From positions 928,001 to 992,000 of the forward strand of contig CAWAGQ010000004.1 in the NCBI GenBank assembly GCA_963781585.1: a DNA stretch of 64,000 nt. The letters run 5' to 3'. The stretch is from an uncultured Gemmatimonadaceae bacterium. GTDB taxonomy: Bacteria; Gemmatimonadota; Gemmatimonadetes; Gemmatimonadales; Gemmatimonadaceae. Below, piece after piece: positions 10,655 through 20,829 of this stretch (within the stretch, counting starts at the first letter, position 1; every line of letters begins with the position of its first letter). The position numbers were made by a program, and so were the translations under genes. The notes below the pieces were generated by a model that saw only the letters and a list, made by a program, of their open reading frames with translations, ran no database searches and was not told where the DNA came from.

Positions 10655-11145
10655 CGTCGGCGAAAAGCACGCGCCATCTCGCGCTCGGCATCGCGGCGGC
10701 GGGAATCCTCGCGCTTGTCGTGCAGCTTCTTTCCCCTGGAGAGCGCGACCGTCACCTTGGCGCGGCCGCCCCTGAAGTAGAGCTCGAGCGGAACGAGTGT
10801 GAGTCCCTGGCGCTCCACGGCGCCTATCAGCCGACGAATTTCGCGCCGGTGGAGCAACAGCTTCCGCGTGCGTGTCGGCTCATGGTTGACGTAGCCCCCG
10901 CTGCCGTACGGCGCGATGTGGCAGTTGACCAGGTACAGCTCACCGTCCCGAACAATGCCGTACGCATCCGAAATGTTCGCCCTGCCTTCGCGCAATGACT
11001 TCACCTCGGTTCCGGTCAATACGATCCCCGCTTCGAAGACCTCCAGCACATGATAGTCGTGGCGCGCGGCCTTGTTTCGGGCGATGGTCTTCTTCGACCC
11101 CACCTCGCCGCCGCTGCCGCTACCTCTCTGCTCGCTGGGTGCCAT
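10651..11145 (-). CDS. smpB: SsrA-binding protein
   Basis: IARNKAARHDY...EAGIVLTGTEVKSLR...RKLLLHRREI...GKKLHDKRE. Start placed at ATG 11145; the longer ORF only reads through the antisense of the tRNA. Confidence 0.96.
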   Translation of the reverse strand: MAPSEQRGSGSGGEVGSKKTIARNKAARHDYHVLEVFEAGIVLTGTEVKSLREGRANISDAYGIVRDGELYLVNCHIAPYGSGGYVNHEPTRTRKLLLHRREIRRLIGAVERQGLTLVPLELYFRGGRAKVTVALSRGKKLHDKREDSRRRDAEREMARAFRRR

Positions 11146-11176
11146 TGGTGTTGGAGGCGCGTGACCGGCGGATTGG

Positions 11177-11206
11177 TTGACTCGCGCAGGGAGGGACCGA
11201 TAGCTT
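11177..11206 (+). promoter_or_regulatory. Putative sigma70 promoter of tRNA-Leu
   Basis: TTGACT-N18-TAGCTT ending 10 nt before the tRNA. Confidence 0.55.
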
Positions 11207-11216
11207 CCCGGGCCCT

Positions 11217-11301
<85 letters not shown>

Positions 11302-11345
11302 CATCCCTCCGGCACGAGCGCGCTCCCGCCGGTCGCCCCGGCGGG

Positions 11346-11918
11346 TCAGGTCCGCGGTGTTCCGAATACCGCGGATGGCGGCCGGTCTTCGGGAAGCACC
11401 ACCTCTCCGAACGCGTTCCGGAGAGCGACGTTCGAAGCGCCAATGTACTGAGCGAGGATACCCCCCGCACGCTCCACGTCCCGCGGGTCGGCGTGCCGCG
11501 CTCCGCCGGCAGAGGTGAGCAGCGCACGGCCGAGTCGCGCCCCGGTCGCTTCATCCGCGCTGCGCGCCATGAGCACCTTGCGGTACGCTGCCAGCCGATC
11601 GTCGAGCTGCCGTTCCGCCGTCCGCACCATGCCCGCCGCCACGTTGCGATCCACCTTGAGCGCCTCGCGCACCTGGCGGGCCACGATCGATCCCGTACGG
11701 TCGTCAAGGGCGTCGCGCTCGGCGACCAGGAGTCCGAGCGCCCGGCGCGCATAGCGCAGCTCCCAGCGCGCGCGGTCATCATCGCCCGACGTCGCCACGC
11801 CCGAGAGCCACCGCACATCCTCATCATCGGGCTCGGCGAAGAGGGCGGCGACATAGCTGGCCGCGCCGCGACGCAATCGCCATTCCATCCGCCACGCACC
11901 GAACAGTCGGGCCGCCAT
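11346..11918 (-). CDS. Hypothetical protein, probably co-transcribed with the Rrf2 regulator
   Basis: 190-aa ORF with natural, helical-looking composition, starting 15 nt after the Rrf2 stop. Confidence 0.7.
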   Translation of the reverse strand: MAARLFGAWRMEWRLRRGAASYVAALFAEPDDEDVRWLSGVATSGDDDRARWELRYARRALGLLVAERDALDDRTGSIVARQVREALKVDRNVAAGMVRTAERQLDDRLAAYRKVLMARSADEATGARLGRALLTSAGGARHADPRDVERAGGILAQYIGASNVALRNAFGEVVLPEDRPPSAVFGTPRT

Positions 11919-11933
11919 GGCGCCGTCCCCGCC

Positions 11934-12389
11934 TCAGGCGTGCTGTGCGGGCAGGCCCACGCGCTCGCGCACCACGGACTCCTCGGCGAGAAGGTCGCTC
12001 AGTCGAATGCCCTCGAGCGTCTCGTCGATCCGCCTCTGGAGCAGCTGCCACACCGGACGGAGACTGCAACCCCGCGCCTCCGAGCAACGTTCTTCAGAAA
12101 CCGGGTGCGACACGCAAGGAAGGTCGAACGTCGAATGTTCCGACGCCGCGACCACTTCGCGCACGGAAACGTCGCCAGGCTCGCGCGCCAGCACGTAGCC
12201 TCCCCGCGCGCCCCGGGTGCTGGAAATGATGCCGGCGCGGCGCAGCCGGAGCAGGATCTGCTCGACGTAGTCCGGCGGAAGCCCCTCTTCGCTCGCAATC
12301 TCCCGGCCGGTCACGGGTCCCTCACCGTACCGGTGCGCAAGACGGACGCAGCAGATCAGTCCGTATTCGGCCCAGGTCGTGATTCGCAT
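11934..12389 (-). CDS. Rrf2-family transcriptional regulator (IscR/NsrR-like, three Cys)
   Basis: MRITTWAEYGL...YVEQILLRLRRAGIISSTRGARGGYVLAR; C-terminal LPC-x9-C-x5-C. Confidence 0.92.
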   Translation of the reverse strand: MRITTWAEYGLICCVRLAHRYGEGPVTGREIASEEGLPPDYVEQILLRLRRAGIISSTRGARGGYVLAREPGDVSVREVVAASEHSTFDLPCVSHPVSEERCSEARGCSLRPVWQLLQRRIDETLEGIRLSDLLAEESVVRERVGLPAQHA

Positions 12390-12446
12390 CGCTGGACAAT
12401 ATAAGGCCGCGCGCTGGAGCAGCGCCGTCGGCGATATGAGGACACC

Positions 12447-13889
12447 CTACGCCGGTTTTCTCCCCGGGACGCCGATGCTGGTGAGCTTTCGCAAATCCAG
12501 GACCTCATCGATCTGGTCGGCGGGCAGGATGCCCTCCCTTCTCACCAGATCCCGGATCAGGATGCCCTCCTTGACCGAGCGCTTGCTGATCTCAGCGGCC
12601 GCGGCGTAGCCGATCTGGGGAGCCAGGGCGGTGGCCAACGCCGCGGAGCGCTCCACCCAGTACTCGCACATCTCTCGATTGGCCTCGATACCGCGCACGC
12701 AACGCTCCGACAACACGCGCGTGGCGTTCGTCAGGATCCGCACGGTGAGCAGCACGTTGAACGCGATCACCGGCATCATCACGTTGAGTTCCAGCTGCCC
12801 ATGCTCCGCCGCCGTCGCGACCGTGGTATCGCATCCGAAGACCTGGAAGCACACCTGGTTCACCATCTCGGGAATGGACGGATTCACCTTGCCGGGCATG
12901 ATCGACGATCCGGGCTGCACGGCCGGCAGTTGAATCTCGTCGAGGCCGGTCCGCGGTCCCATCACCATCAATCGGAGATCGTTCATGATCTTGCTGAGGT
13001 CCAGCGCGAAGACGCGAAGGCTGGCCGAAAAAGCCGCCACGTCGCCCATGCTCTGCATCAACTGCACGCGATCGGTGCCTTCGCGCAGTTCGATCCCGGT
13101 GATCTCCCGGAGATGCCGGATCATGAGGGCGGGATACGCCGGCTCGACGGTGACGCCGGTCCCGACCGCGCTGCCACCGATGCCCAGATCGCGCAGATAG
13201 TCGGCGGTCTCCCGCACTCGCCGCATCCCGCGATCGATCGTCCCCGCATACGCCGAGAATTCCTGGCCAAGCCGGATGGGCATGGCGTCCTGCAGGTGCG
13301 TGCGCCCCGCCTTGACGATGTCGTCGAACTCGCGCCCCTTGGCGGCGAAATCGTCGCGCAGCCGGGAGAACACGCCGAGCATGGGCTCGAGCTGCGAGAG
13401 ACACGCCAGACGGATGTTGGTCGGGATCGTGTCGTTCGTGCTCTGGGCCATGTTCACGTGATCGTTCGGATGGACCGGCGTGTACTCTCCGCGGCGCCCA
13501 CCCAGCAACTCGTTCGCGCGGTTGGCGAGCACCTCGTTGACATTCATGTTGTGCGAGGTGCCGGCCCCGGCCTGATACGGGTCCACCACGAACTGATCGC
13601 GATGCTGTCCCGCCAGCACCTCGTCAGCAGCGGTCACGATCGCGTCGGCGAGCCGGGGGTCGAGGCGGCCGGTGGTCTTGTGGGTCAGCGCCGCCGCCTT
13701 CTTGATCCAGACCTGGGCGATGACGAATGGCTCGGGGGGTGCCAAGCCGCTGATCGGAAAATTCCGGACGGCGCGCAGCGTCTGGACGCCGTAGAGCGCA
13801 TCGGCGGGCACCTCGAGCGTGCCCAATGGGTCCTTTTCGGTGCGCGTGCGGCCGGTCATGCCGGCGTGCCGCGCGCGGGGCGTGGACAT
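12447..13889 (-). CDS. aspA: Aspartate ammonia-lyase (fumarase/aspartase family)
   Basis: QAGAGTSHNMNVNEV, AQSTND, GRTHLQDA and GSSIMPGKVNP. Confidence 0.85.
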   Translation of the reverse strand: MSTPRARHAGMTGRTRTEKDPLGTLEVPADALYGVQTLRAVRNFPISGLAPPEPFVIAQVWIKKAAALTHKTTGRLDPRLADAIVTAADEVLAGQHRDQFVVDPYQAGAGTSHNMNVNEVLANRANELLGGRRGEYTPVHPNDHVNMAQSTNDTIPTNIRLACLSQLEPMLGVFSRLRDDFAAKGREFDDIVKAGRTHLQDAMPIRLGQEFSAYAGTIDRGMRRVRETADYLRDLGIGGSAVGTGVTVEPAYPALMIRHLREITGIELREGTDRVQLMQSMGDVAAFSASLRVFALDLSKIMNDLRLMVMGPRTGLDEIQLPAVQPGSSIMPGKVNPSIPEMVNQVCFQVFGCDTTVATAAEHGQLELNVMMPVIAFNVLLTVRILTNATRVLSERCVRGIEANREMCEYWVERSAALATALAPQIGYAAAAEISKRSVKEGILIRDLVRREGILPADQIDEVLDLRKLTSIGVPGRKPA

Positions 13890-13946
13890 CTCGCGCCACG
13901 CCGCGCCAGCGGGACCTTGCCCCCCGGACCCGCGAAGAGCATCACA

Positions 13947-14774
13947 CTAGGGGACGGTGGGTGTCGGTACCTGAAAGAGCGAGATGACCCCGACCAGCCC
14001 GTTGTCGGCTGTGCCCAGATAGTTGGTTCGAAGGCGCGTCGCCACCACTTCTCGCGCCGAAGCCGTTGCCGCAACCCATGGCTGGTACTGGTAGCTCGGG
14101 ATTGAATCCACGCCGTTGTCGGTGTACGAACAAAGAAGCTCTCGCGTCGGCGTTCCGCCACCAGAGGGGTCGTAACGGAGCTCGAGGATGAGCGCGCTGT
14201 TGGCGTCGTGCGATGCCGTCCAGTGGAGCGGGATGGTTTCGGACCCGGCGGGCACCGGGACAGGATCGATGGTGAACGGCTCGGCGGTCTTCGCCCGGAT
14301 CGAGGTAGCCGGAAATCCGCCAACCGCTCCGGGGACCGAGACGACGATGCTGTCTCCCGGCGTGTACGGTATCTCGGCGCCGGCAGACCGCTCGTAGATG
14401 ATCTGCCCCTGTGAATTCACGTCCCGCTGAAGCGTATCGACACGGCTGCCGATTTGCGTCGTCACCGGCAACCCCGCGTCAAGGAACGTGAGGCCGGTGA
14501 AATCGTTGCTGGGCGCCGTGTACAGCGCGTCGGTGCACGAATCGAGCACCAGTTTGGCGTTCGGTACTGACGCCAGCTGACCCACGAAGAAGCGACCCAC
14601 CGGAGCGGTCACGTAGTCGCCATTCGCGTTCTTCGATGCGTCCACCGAGATGAGGCCCCAGGTGTTGTTCGTGTTGGGCGAAAGGCCGCTCTCGCATGAG
14701 GCGATGAACACCGCCGCGACCAATGGGGCAATCCAGATCCAGCGGGACGGACGTTGACGACGTGTTGAGATCAT
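13947..14774 (-). CDS. Hypothetical lipoprotein, beta-rich
   Basis: Basic N-terminus, hydrophobic stretch and IAS-C lipobox; Thr/Ser/Gly-rich mature region. Confidence 0.75.
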   Translation of the reverse strand: MISTRRQRPSRWIWIAPLVAAVFIASCESGLSPNTNNTWGLISVDASKNANGDYVTAPVGRFFVGQLASVPNAKLVLDSCTDALYTAPSNDFTGLTFLDAGLPVTTQIGSRVDTLQRDVNSQGQIIYERSAGAEIPYTPGDSIVVSVPGAVGGFPATSIRAKTAEPFTIDPVPVPAGSETIPLHWTASHDANSALILELRYDPSGGGTPTRELLCSYTDNGVDSIPSYQYQPWVAATASAREVVATRLRTNYLGTADNGLVGVISLFQVPTPTVP

Positions 14775-14986
14775 CGGATGCGGGCGGTCGAGAGAGGTGG
14801 AAGGAGGAGCTCCGGCCCATGGAACTTGAGCTATGGACTGGCCTCACCCCCCGCCGTGAGCGAGGAGTGGCACCGCGTGAAGTTTCGATCCAAGCGTGCC
14901 TTCAGGCAACCTCGGAACGCCGGGAAAAGGGACGGAATGACGCAGGGGCAGCTCCAGGGCTGCGTGTCGCGCGATGAGGCGGCCAC

Positions 14987-15628
14987 CTAACGACTCCCGG
15001 CACGGTCGAAACCGGCCAGGAAGGGGTTGGTGTCGAGCTCCTCACCGACCGTCGTGCCGGGACCATGGCCCGGCAGTACCCGAGTCGAACTGGGAAGTGC
15101 CGTGATGCTCCGCAGCGACCGGGCCAGGGCCGCAGAGTCGCCCAGGGGGAGATCCGTGCGTCCGATCGATCCGGCAAACAGGCAATCGCCCACGAACGCC
15201 ACCGTGTGGCCGTGGATGACGACATGTCCCGGTGAGTGACCCGGCGTGTGCATCACCGCGAACGTCAGGCTCCCGAGTGCGAGTCGGGTCGCAGGGAGCA
15301 GCTCGCCATCGGGCTCCGGCGGCTGTTCGATCGACAGTCCCAACGCCGCCGCCTGTGCCGCCGCGTTGCGGTAGAGCGGGAGGTCGGCGGGGTGCAGGAG
15401 CACCGGTACGTTCCACGCGCGCTTCACCGCCCCGACGGCGCCCAGATGGTCGAGGTGCGCGTGGGTGAGCCAGATCGCGGTCAGGGTGACGCCGGCGTCC
15501 TTCACCGCATCGATCAGCTGCGGCGCGTCGTCGCCCGGATCGATCAGCACCGCCAGACGGGTCTGGGGATCCGCCACCAGGTAGCAGTTTTCGTAGAACG
15601 CACCGGTGACGAACCTGTCGATCCTCAC
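14987..15628 (-). CDS. MBL-fold metallo-hydrolase (glyoxalase II/YcbL-like)
   Basis: THAHLDH, HTPGHSPG, GDCLF, GRTDLP and LPGHG. Confidence 0.92.
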   Translation of the reverse strand: MRIDRFVTGAFYENCYLVADPQTRLAVLIDPGDDAPQLIDAVKDAGVTLTAIWLTHAHLDHLGAVGAVKRAWNVPVLLHPADLPLYRNAAAQAAALGLSIEQPPEPDGELLPATRLALGSLTFAVMHTPGHSPGHVVIHGHTVAFVGDCLFAGSIGRTDLPLGDSAALARSLRSITALPSSTRVLPGHGPGTTVGEELDTNPFLAGFDRAGSR

Positions 15629-16611
15629 GACGTGCGCGAGTCGGCAGCCACCGGGAACACCGAGGTGCGAAAGCCCCGCGACGTCAGGTACTTGTCCACG
15701 GCGATGGCTGCGGTGGTCGCGTCTCCCACCGCGGTCGTGATCTGCCGGGTAAGCTGCACCCGCACGTCACCCGCCGCGAAGAGGCCGGGGATCGAGGTCT
15801 CCATGTTGGAGTCGGTGACCAGGTAACCCATCGCGTCGTGCGTCGGATGTCCGACGATGATCCCGGTATTGGGCAGGAACCCCACGAACACGAAGATTCC
15901 GGTCACCGGCAGCTCGCTCGCCTGGCCGGTTCTGGTGTTCTTCAGCGCGAGCTTGTGGACCAGGCCGTTCGCATCGCCCAGGATCTCCTCGACCACGGTG
16001 TCCCAGATGATCTCGATCTGGGGATTCTCCATCACGCGATGGCGCAGCAATCGCGACGCGCGCAACTCATCGCGCCGGTGAATCAGGAAGATCTTCTCGG
16101 CATAGCGGGTCAGGAAATCGGCTTCCTCGCAAGCGGCATCGCCACCACCCACCACCGCGATCGTCTGGCCCTTGAAGAATGCCCCGTCGCAGACGGCGCA
16201 GTACGAGACGCCCTTGCCCGCATACTCCACCTCTCCGGGAACGCCGAGCTTCACGGGCGACCCGCCCGCGGTAATGATGACCGCCGGGGCGCGATACACG
16301 GAGCCGTCATCGCACTTGCACTCGAAGCCGTCGTCGATCCGCTTGATGGCCAGTACGTTCGCGGTGCGAAACTCGGCGCCGAACTTCCGCGCGTGGCTCT
16401 CGAACTTCTGGGCCAGTTCCCACCCGAGGACACGTTCGAACCCGGGATAATCTTCGATCAGTTCGGTGTTCAGGAGCTCACCCCCGGCGGCGCCCCGTTC
16501 GATCACGGCCGTCTTGAGCATCGACCGCCCGGCGTACATTGCGGCAGTCATCCCCGCCGGACCGGCGCCTACCACGATCACATCGAAGTCGAAATCCTGT
16601 GCCACGTTCAT
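15625..16611 (-). CDS. trxB: Thioredoxin reductase
   Basis: GAGPAG, VSYCAVCDG, GGGDAA, IHRRD and FAAGDV. Confidence 0.96.
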   Translation of the reverse strand: MNVAQDFDFDVIVVGAGPAGMTAAMYAGRSMLKTAVIERGAAGGELLNTELIEDYPGFERVLGWELAQKFESHARKFGAEFRTANVLAIKRIDDGFECKCDDGSVYRAPAVIITAGGSPVKLGVPGEVEYAGKGVSYCAVCDGAFFKGQTIAVVGGGDAACEEADFLTRYAEKIFLIHRRDELRASRLLRHRVMENPQIEIIWDTVVEEILGDANGLVHKLALKNTRTGQASELPVTGIFVFVGFLPNTGIIVGHPTHDAMGYLVTDSNMETSIPGLFAAGDVRVQLTRQITTAVGDATTAAIAVDKYLTSRGFRTSVFPVAADSRTS

Positions 16612-16821
16612 CCCTCGTCTACTGGTTGGCGCCCAGCGCAGGAACGCGACCTGCCGAATCCCGGCGACCGCACCACGCGGCCGTACCGCCGGTGACGACC
16701 GGCTCCACCAGCCCTCGCCGCGTCACGATGGCAAGATGGAAATCTCGCCACGGCACTGTCGCCGTGGTATTCGCGCATGCCCCGTCCGACGAGTCCCTAC
16801 GCCCCGGTGCGGGTTCCACCA

Positions 16822-17562
16822 TTAGTGCCGCACGTGGCGACCCCCGTCTACCAGAAGGGTCTCACCGGTGACGTAGGTGGCATCGAGCAGGTAGAGAACG
16901 GCACGGGCCACGTCTTCCGGCGAGCCCCACCGCTTCAGTGGTGTGGTTTCCCGCAGCCGCTCGGAAGCAGCGGGATCCCAGCCTTCGGGCAGGAGCACGG
17001 TGCCCGGTGCCACCGCGTTCACGCGAATGCGCGGCGCGAGCACGCGGGCCAGCGCACGCGTCAGGTGGACCAGCGCAGCCTTGCTGACCCCGTGCGGGAT
17101 GTAGCCCGGCCACGTCTCGAACGCCGAAAGGTCGGCGATGTTCACGATGACGCCGCCATCGGGAAGATGGTTCGCGGCCTCCTGCGCGATCAGAAACGGT
17201 CCCCGCAGGTTGAGGTCGAGGATGGAATCCCACGACTCGGGTGTTACCTGCCCGAGCGGAGTCCGGACCATCACCGCCGCGGAATTCACGACCACGTCCA
17301 GACGCCCCATCGACGCCACCACGTCGCGGACCAGCTGCGCCGGCGCTCCCGCGTCCCCGAGGTTCGCGTGGAACAGCCGGCCATGGGCGCCCCGACGTTC
17401 CAACTCCGCCACCGTTCCCGCCGCATCGGCCTGCGAGAGGTAGTAGTGCACCGCGACGTCGTAGCCGCGCGATCCGAGCACGATGGCCAGAATCCGGCCC
17501 ACCCGTCGTCCGGCGCCAGTTACCAGCGCGACCGGCCTCGCGGCTCCGGCTGCAGGATCCAC
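16822..17562 (-). CDS. SDR oxidoreductase, pteridine reductase-like
   Basis: LVTGAGRRVG, VAVHY, VVNSA, VNIAD and VNAVAPG; start inferred at GTG 17562. Confidence 0.85.
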   Translation of the reverse strand: MDPAAGAARPVALVTGAGRRVGRILAIVLGSRGYDVAVHYYLSQADAAGTVAELERRGAHGRLFHANLGDAGAPAQLVRDVVASMGRLDVVVNSAAVMVRTPLGQVTPESWDSILDLNLRGPFLIAQEAANHLPDGGVIVNIADLSAFETWPGYIPHGVSKAALVHLTRALARVLAPRIRVNAVAPGTVLLPEGWDPAASERLRETTPLKRWGSPEDVARAVLYLLDATYVTGETLLVDGGRHVRH

Positions 17563-17573
17563 GGCGCGGCTCC

Positions 17574-18422
17574 TCAGGCGACCGAAGCCTGCGTGCGGCG
17601 GCGCGCCACGCGCTCGTCCTGCCGTTCCAGCCACTCCTCCGGCACCCGGAGCGCACCCACGACCCGGCCGGCATCCCCGCTGCCGTGCGAGTCCGATCCG
17701 CCGCTCGGGACGAGAGCGAAGTGCTGGACCAGCGCGAGCAGACGCGCGCGATCGTCGGCCGAGTGCGAGGGGTGAAGCACCTCCACCCCGTCGAGCCCGA
17801 GCGCGACGAGTGCCCCGATCCGCGCCACGGTTCCTCCGCCGCCCGGGTGCGCGAGCACGGCGATTCCGCCACAGGCGTGCACCAGCGAGATCGCTTCCCC
17901 AAGCCCCATCCGACGCTTTTCGAGAAAGGCCGGGCGCCCGGCGCCCAGGTAGCGATCGAAGGCGTCGCGCAGGTCCCGTGCCCACCCGTTCTCGACCAGC
18001 GCACGCGCCACATGCGGGCGCCCGATCGCGGCGTCAGCCGCCACCGAGAGCACATCGTCGAATGTGATCCGGACCCCGATGTCGTTCAGTCGGTGCACCA
18101 TTGCTTCGGCGCGCTGGCGGCGTGCCGCGCGGAAGGCGGCCAGCTGGCCACGCATGTCGTCGAGCCGCAACAGATGCAGGCCGAGCAGGTGCGTCTCGTC
18201 GCTCTTCTCGTACGCGCTCAGCTCGACACCCGCGATGATACGTACCCCGGCCTGTTCCCCGGCAGCCATCGCCGCTTCGATGCCGTCCACCGTGTCGTGG
18301 TCGGTGAGCGCGATGGCAGCGAGGCCGGCCGACTGTGCCGCGCGCACGACACGCTCCGGCGCCTCCGTGCCGTCGGAAGCCGTGGAATGCAGATGCAGGT
18401 CAACGCACCGCGCGTGCGCCAT
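17574..18422 (-). CDS. PHP-domain phosphoesterase (TrpH/YciV-like)
   Basis: DLHLHSTASDG, LTDHD, GRPHVA, LAHP and GGSDSHG. Confidence 0.92.
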   Translation of the reverse strand: MAHARCVDLHLHSTASDGTEAPERVVRAAQSAGLAAIALTDHDTVDGIEAAMAAGEQAGVRIIAGVELSAYEKSDETHLLGLHLLRLDDMRGQLAAFRAARRQRAEAMVHRLNDIGVRITFDDVLSVAADAAIGRPHVARALVENGWARDLRDAFDRYLGAGRPAFLEKRRMGLGEAISLVHACGGIAVLAHPGGGGTVARIGALVALGLDGVEVLHPSHSADDRARLLALVQHFALVPSGGSDSHGSGDAGRVVGALRVPEEWLERQDERVARRRTQASVA

Positions 18423-18440
18423 CGGAGCGGCGATCTGCGG

Positions 18441-18707
18441 CTACCCGGTGTAGCCCACTTCGGGCGAGGTGAAACTCGGCTGCGACTGGTGGAACAGCCG
18501 GAGCAGGTCCTCGTCAGGCAGCTCGGCGAGCGATTGCTCCCGGGAACGCGTCCCCACCGGGCTATATCGCGTGACCCGCAGCTCGCGGTCGTTGCCCGAT
18601 CCCGCAACGAAGATCAGGCCGAATTCGTCGCGGTCGTATTGGGTGATGTAGCCGGAAGGAAACACGCGCCAGGTTCTGCCGTCGACTTCGAGCGAACGCG
18701 TAGGCAT
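18441..18707 (-). CDS. Small hypothetical protein
   Basis: MPTRSLEVDGRTWRVFPSG...; fills the gap in a co-oriented run and has natural composition. Confidence 0.7.
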   Translation of the reverse strand: MPTRSLEVDGRTWRVFPSGYITQYDRDEFGLIFVAGSGNDRELRVTRYSPVGTRSREQSLAELPDEDLLRLFHQSQPSFTSPEVGYTG

Positions 18708-18747
18708 GCTCAGCACCGCTCCACGTGGGAGGAAACCCGAGCTCCGG

Positions 18748-20094
18748 TCAGAATCCGGCCTCGGGAATGGTCTCGAGTTGCTGCTTCACGAACCCCAGGA
18801 ACCGGTCGGCGTCGGCGCCATCCACGATCCGATGGTCGAACGACAGGAAGAAATGCGCGCACGTCCGGATGGCGATGACGTCGTCTCCGTCCACCCCCTT
18901 CATCACCTTCGGTCGCTTCTCGATGGCACCGGTACCGAGAATCGCCACCGTGGGCTGTGGAATGACCGGCGTACCCATGACAGAGCCGAAGACCCCCGGG
19001 TTCGTGATCGAGAACGTGGCGTCCTGCACCTCTTCGGGCTTCAGGCCCTTGGCCCGCGCCCGCGTCGCCAGGTCGTTCAGGGCGCGGGTCAATCCGGCGA
19101 GCGACAGGTTGTCCGCATCCTTGATCACGGGAACGATCAGGCCCCAGTCGACGGCGACGGCGACGCCGATGTTGTAGCGCTTGCGATAGACGACGTCGGT
19201 GCCGCGCACCGCGGCGTTGACGACGGGATAGGTTCGCAAACCGGCGACCACGGCCTGAATCACGAACGGCAGGTAGGTGAGCTTGTCGCCGTGCGCGTCG
19301 AATTCGGGCCTGAGCCGATCACGCACCCGCGCCACGCGTGTGAGGTCGACCTCGAAGACGGTGGTGACGTGGGCCGAGGTGTGCTTGGAGTAGACCATGT
19401 GGCCCGCGGTCAGCCGGCGGATCCTGCTCATCGGCTCGACCACGTCACCGGGCCATGCTTGCACGGTTGGTGGCTGGTAGTCGAATCCGGCCGGCGCATA
19501 CATCGACGCCGGCGGCGCGGGCGCGGCGGCTGCACCGGAGTCGATGAACGCGAGGATGTCCTTCTTGGTGACCCGACCGGCGACGCCCGAGCCGGTCAGC
19601 CCTGCCAATTCGATGCCGTGCTCCGCGGCGATGCGGCGAACCAGGGGGGATGACCGCGTGCGAATCCGCTCCTCGAAGGAGCCAGGGGTGGTGGGTGGAT
19701 GCGGTGGAACGCTTTGGGATGCAGTGGCGCGGTGGGGGAGAGGGGAGGGTTCGGGCGTAGATTCTTTCATCGGGGGGGCCCCCCCGGTCGCGGTTCGCGC
19801 TGGCACCGCAGATGCCGCCCCCACCCCCCCGCCCTCGCTCACCACACCTGCGCCGTCGCTCTCGATCCGAGCCACGACGGTCTCCACCGGCACCGTCTGC
19901 CCCTCTCTTACCAGAATCTCCACCAGCACTCCGGCATTCGGTGCCGGAATCTCGGCATCCACCTTGTCCGTGGAGATCTCGAACATCGGCTCATCACGCA
20001 GGACGCTTTCCCCGACCTTCTTCAGCCACCGGGACAAGGTCCCTTCGGCGATCGATTCCCCCATCTGCGGCATCAGAACGTCGATTCGCGGCAC
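18748..20094 (-). CDS. 2-oxoacid dehydrogenase E2 (dihydrolipoamide acyltransferase)
   Basis: Lipoyl domain MPQMGESIAEGT...EISTDKVDAEIP, E3-binding SPLVRRIA...GRVTKKDI and catalytic DHRIVDG; start GTG 20094. Confidence 0.93.
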   Translation of the reverse strand: MPRIDVLMPQMGESIAEGTLSRWLKKVGESVLRDEPMFEISTDKVDAEIPAPNAGVLVEILVREGQTVPVETVVARIESDGAGVVSEGGGVGAASAVPARTATGGAPPMKESTPEPSPLPHRATASQSVPPHPPTTPGSFEERIRTRSSPLVRRIAAEHGIELAGLTGSGVAGRVTKKDILAFIDSGAAAAPAPPASMYAPAGFDYQPPTVQAWPGDVVEPMSRIRRLTAGHMVYSKHTSAHVTTVFEVDLTRVARVRDRLRPEFDAHGDKLTYLPFVIQAVVAGLRTYPVVNAAVRGTDVVYRKRYNIGVAVAVDWGLIVPVIKDADNLSLAGLTRALNDLATRARAKGLKPEEVQDATFSITNPGVFGSVMGTPVIPQPTVAILGTGAIEKRPKVMKGVDGDDVIAIRTCAHFFLSFDHRIVDGADADRFLGFVKQQLETIPEAGF

Positions 20095-20108
20095 CGTATC
20101 GCCCTCAC

Positions 20109-20408
20109 TCAGGATTGCGTCGTCGTATCGCGGCGGCGTAGCCGCCGGAGAACCAGGATCGGCAACGAAACCGCCCCCAGCACCGCGCCCACCCACCAGT
20201 AAACATACCAGTTGCAGATTGGGAGCCCCTCGCAGGAGGGGCTGCGCCGGGCCCCTTCGACCAGTCTGCCGATGAGAACCGCAACCATGCCCCCGCTGAA
20301 CATGCCGGCAACCGTGGTGAAGCACCCGATCGCGACGTTCCGCGAACGCGGGGCCCCCTGCACCGCATCGCCGCCAGTGCGCCCCACTCCCGGCCTGCCC
20401 TCAGCCAC
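20109..20408 (-). CDS. Small hypothetical membrane protein with two TM segments (start uncertain)
   Basis: Two hydrophobic helices flanking SPSCEGLPICNW, and a basic C-terminal tail. Confidence 0.6.
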   Translation of the reverse strand: MAEGRPGVGRTGGDAVQGAPRSRNVAIGCFTTVAGMFSGGMVAVLIGRLVEGARRSPSCEGLPICNWYVYWWVGAVLGAVSLPILVLRRLRRRDTTTQS

Positions 20409-20511
20409 CGCACCCTTCCCCGCTGCCGACGGGTTCCCGCAACATCTCGGCGCCTGACGACGAAGACCGCGGTGCCGCGACCTCGCCCGGAGGCGGCCCG
20501 GCCGGCGCCAT

Positions 20512-20823
20512 TCAGTACGCCGCCTCCAACCGGTGCGACGGTTCGGTGCGCCGATGCAGCTGCACAAAGAAGCGCTTCACGTTCCGGTCAAGTCGGCTCT
20601 CGCCAATCTGATCGGTGTCGACCTCCACGAAGGCATAGTGACCCCCTTCCGGCTTGACTGTCATACGCGCCTTCGCCACCACCTCCGGCATCCCGACGAC
20701 ACCCGCAAATGTCCGCGACCGTCCCGAGCTGGCCACCATCTGCAGACCGAGTCTCGTAAAGAACTCGTCAGCGGCTTCGACGACCTCCACCGGTGTCAAC
20801 GACGTGCGAAAAAAGTGCCGCAT
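20512..20823 (-). CDS. Hypothetical protein
   Basis: 103-aa ORF with an AGGAG SD upstream; starts 6 nt after the previous gene's stop. Confidence 0.75.
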   Translation of the reverse strand: MRHFFRTSLTPVEVVEAADEFFTRLGLQMVASSGRSRTFAGVVGMPEVVAKARMTVKPEGGHYAFVEVDTDQIGESRLDRNVKRFFVQLHRRTEPSHRLEAAY

Positions 20824-20829
20824 GACTCC

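Noticed and set aside
10651..11216. tmRNA next to smpB
   Set aside because: There is no room for it and no ssrA-like termini; the adjacent RNA is tRNA-Leu.
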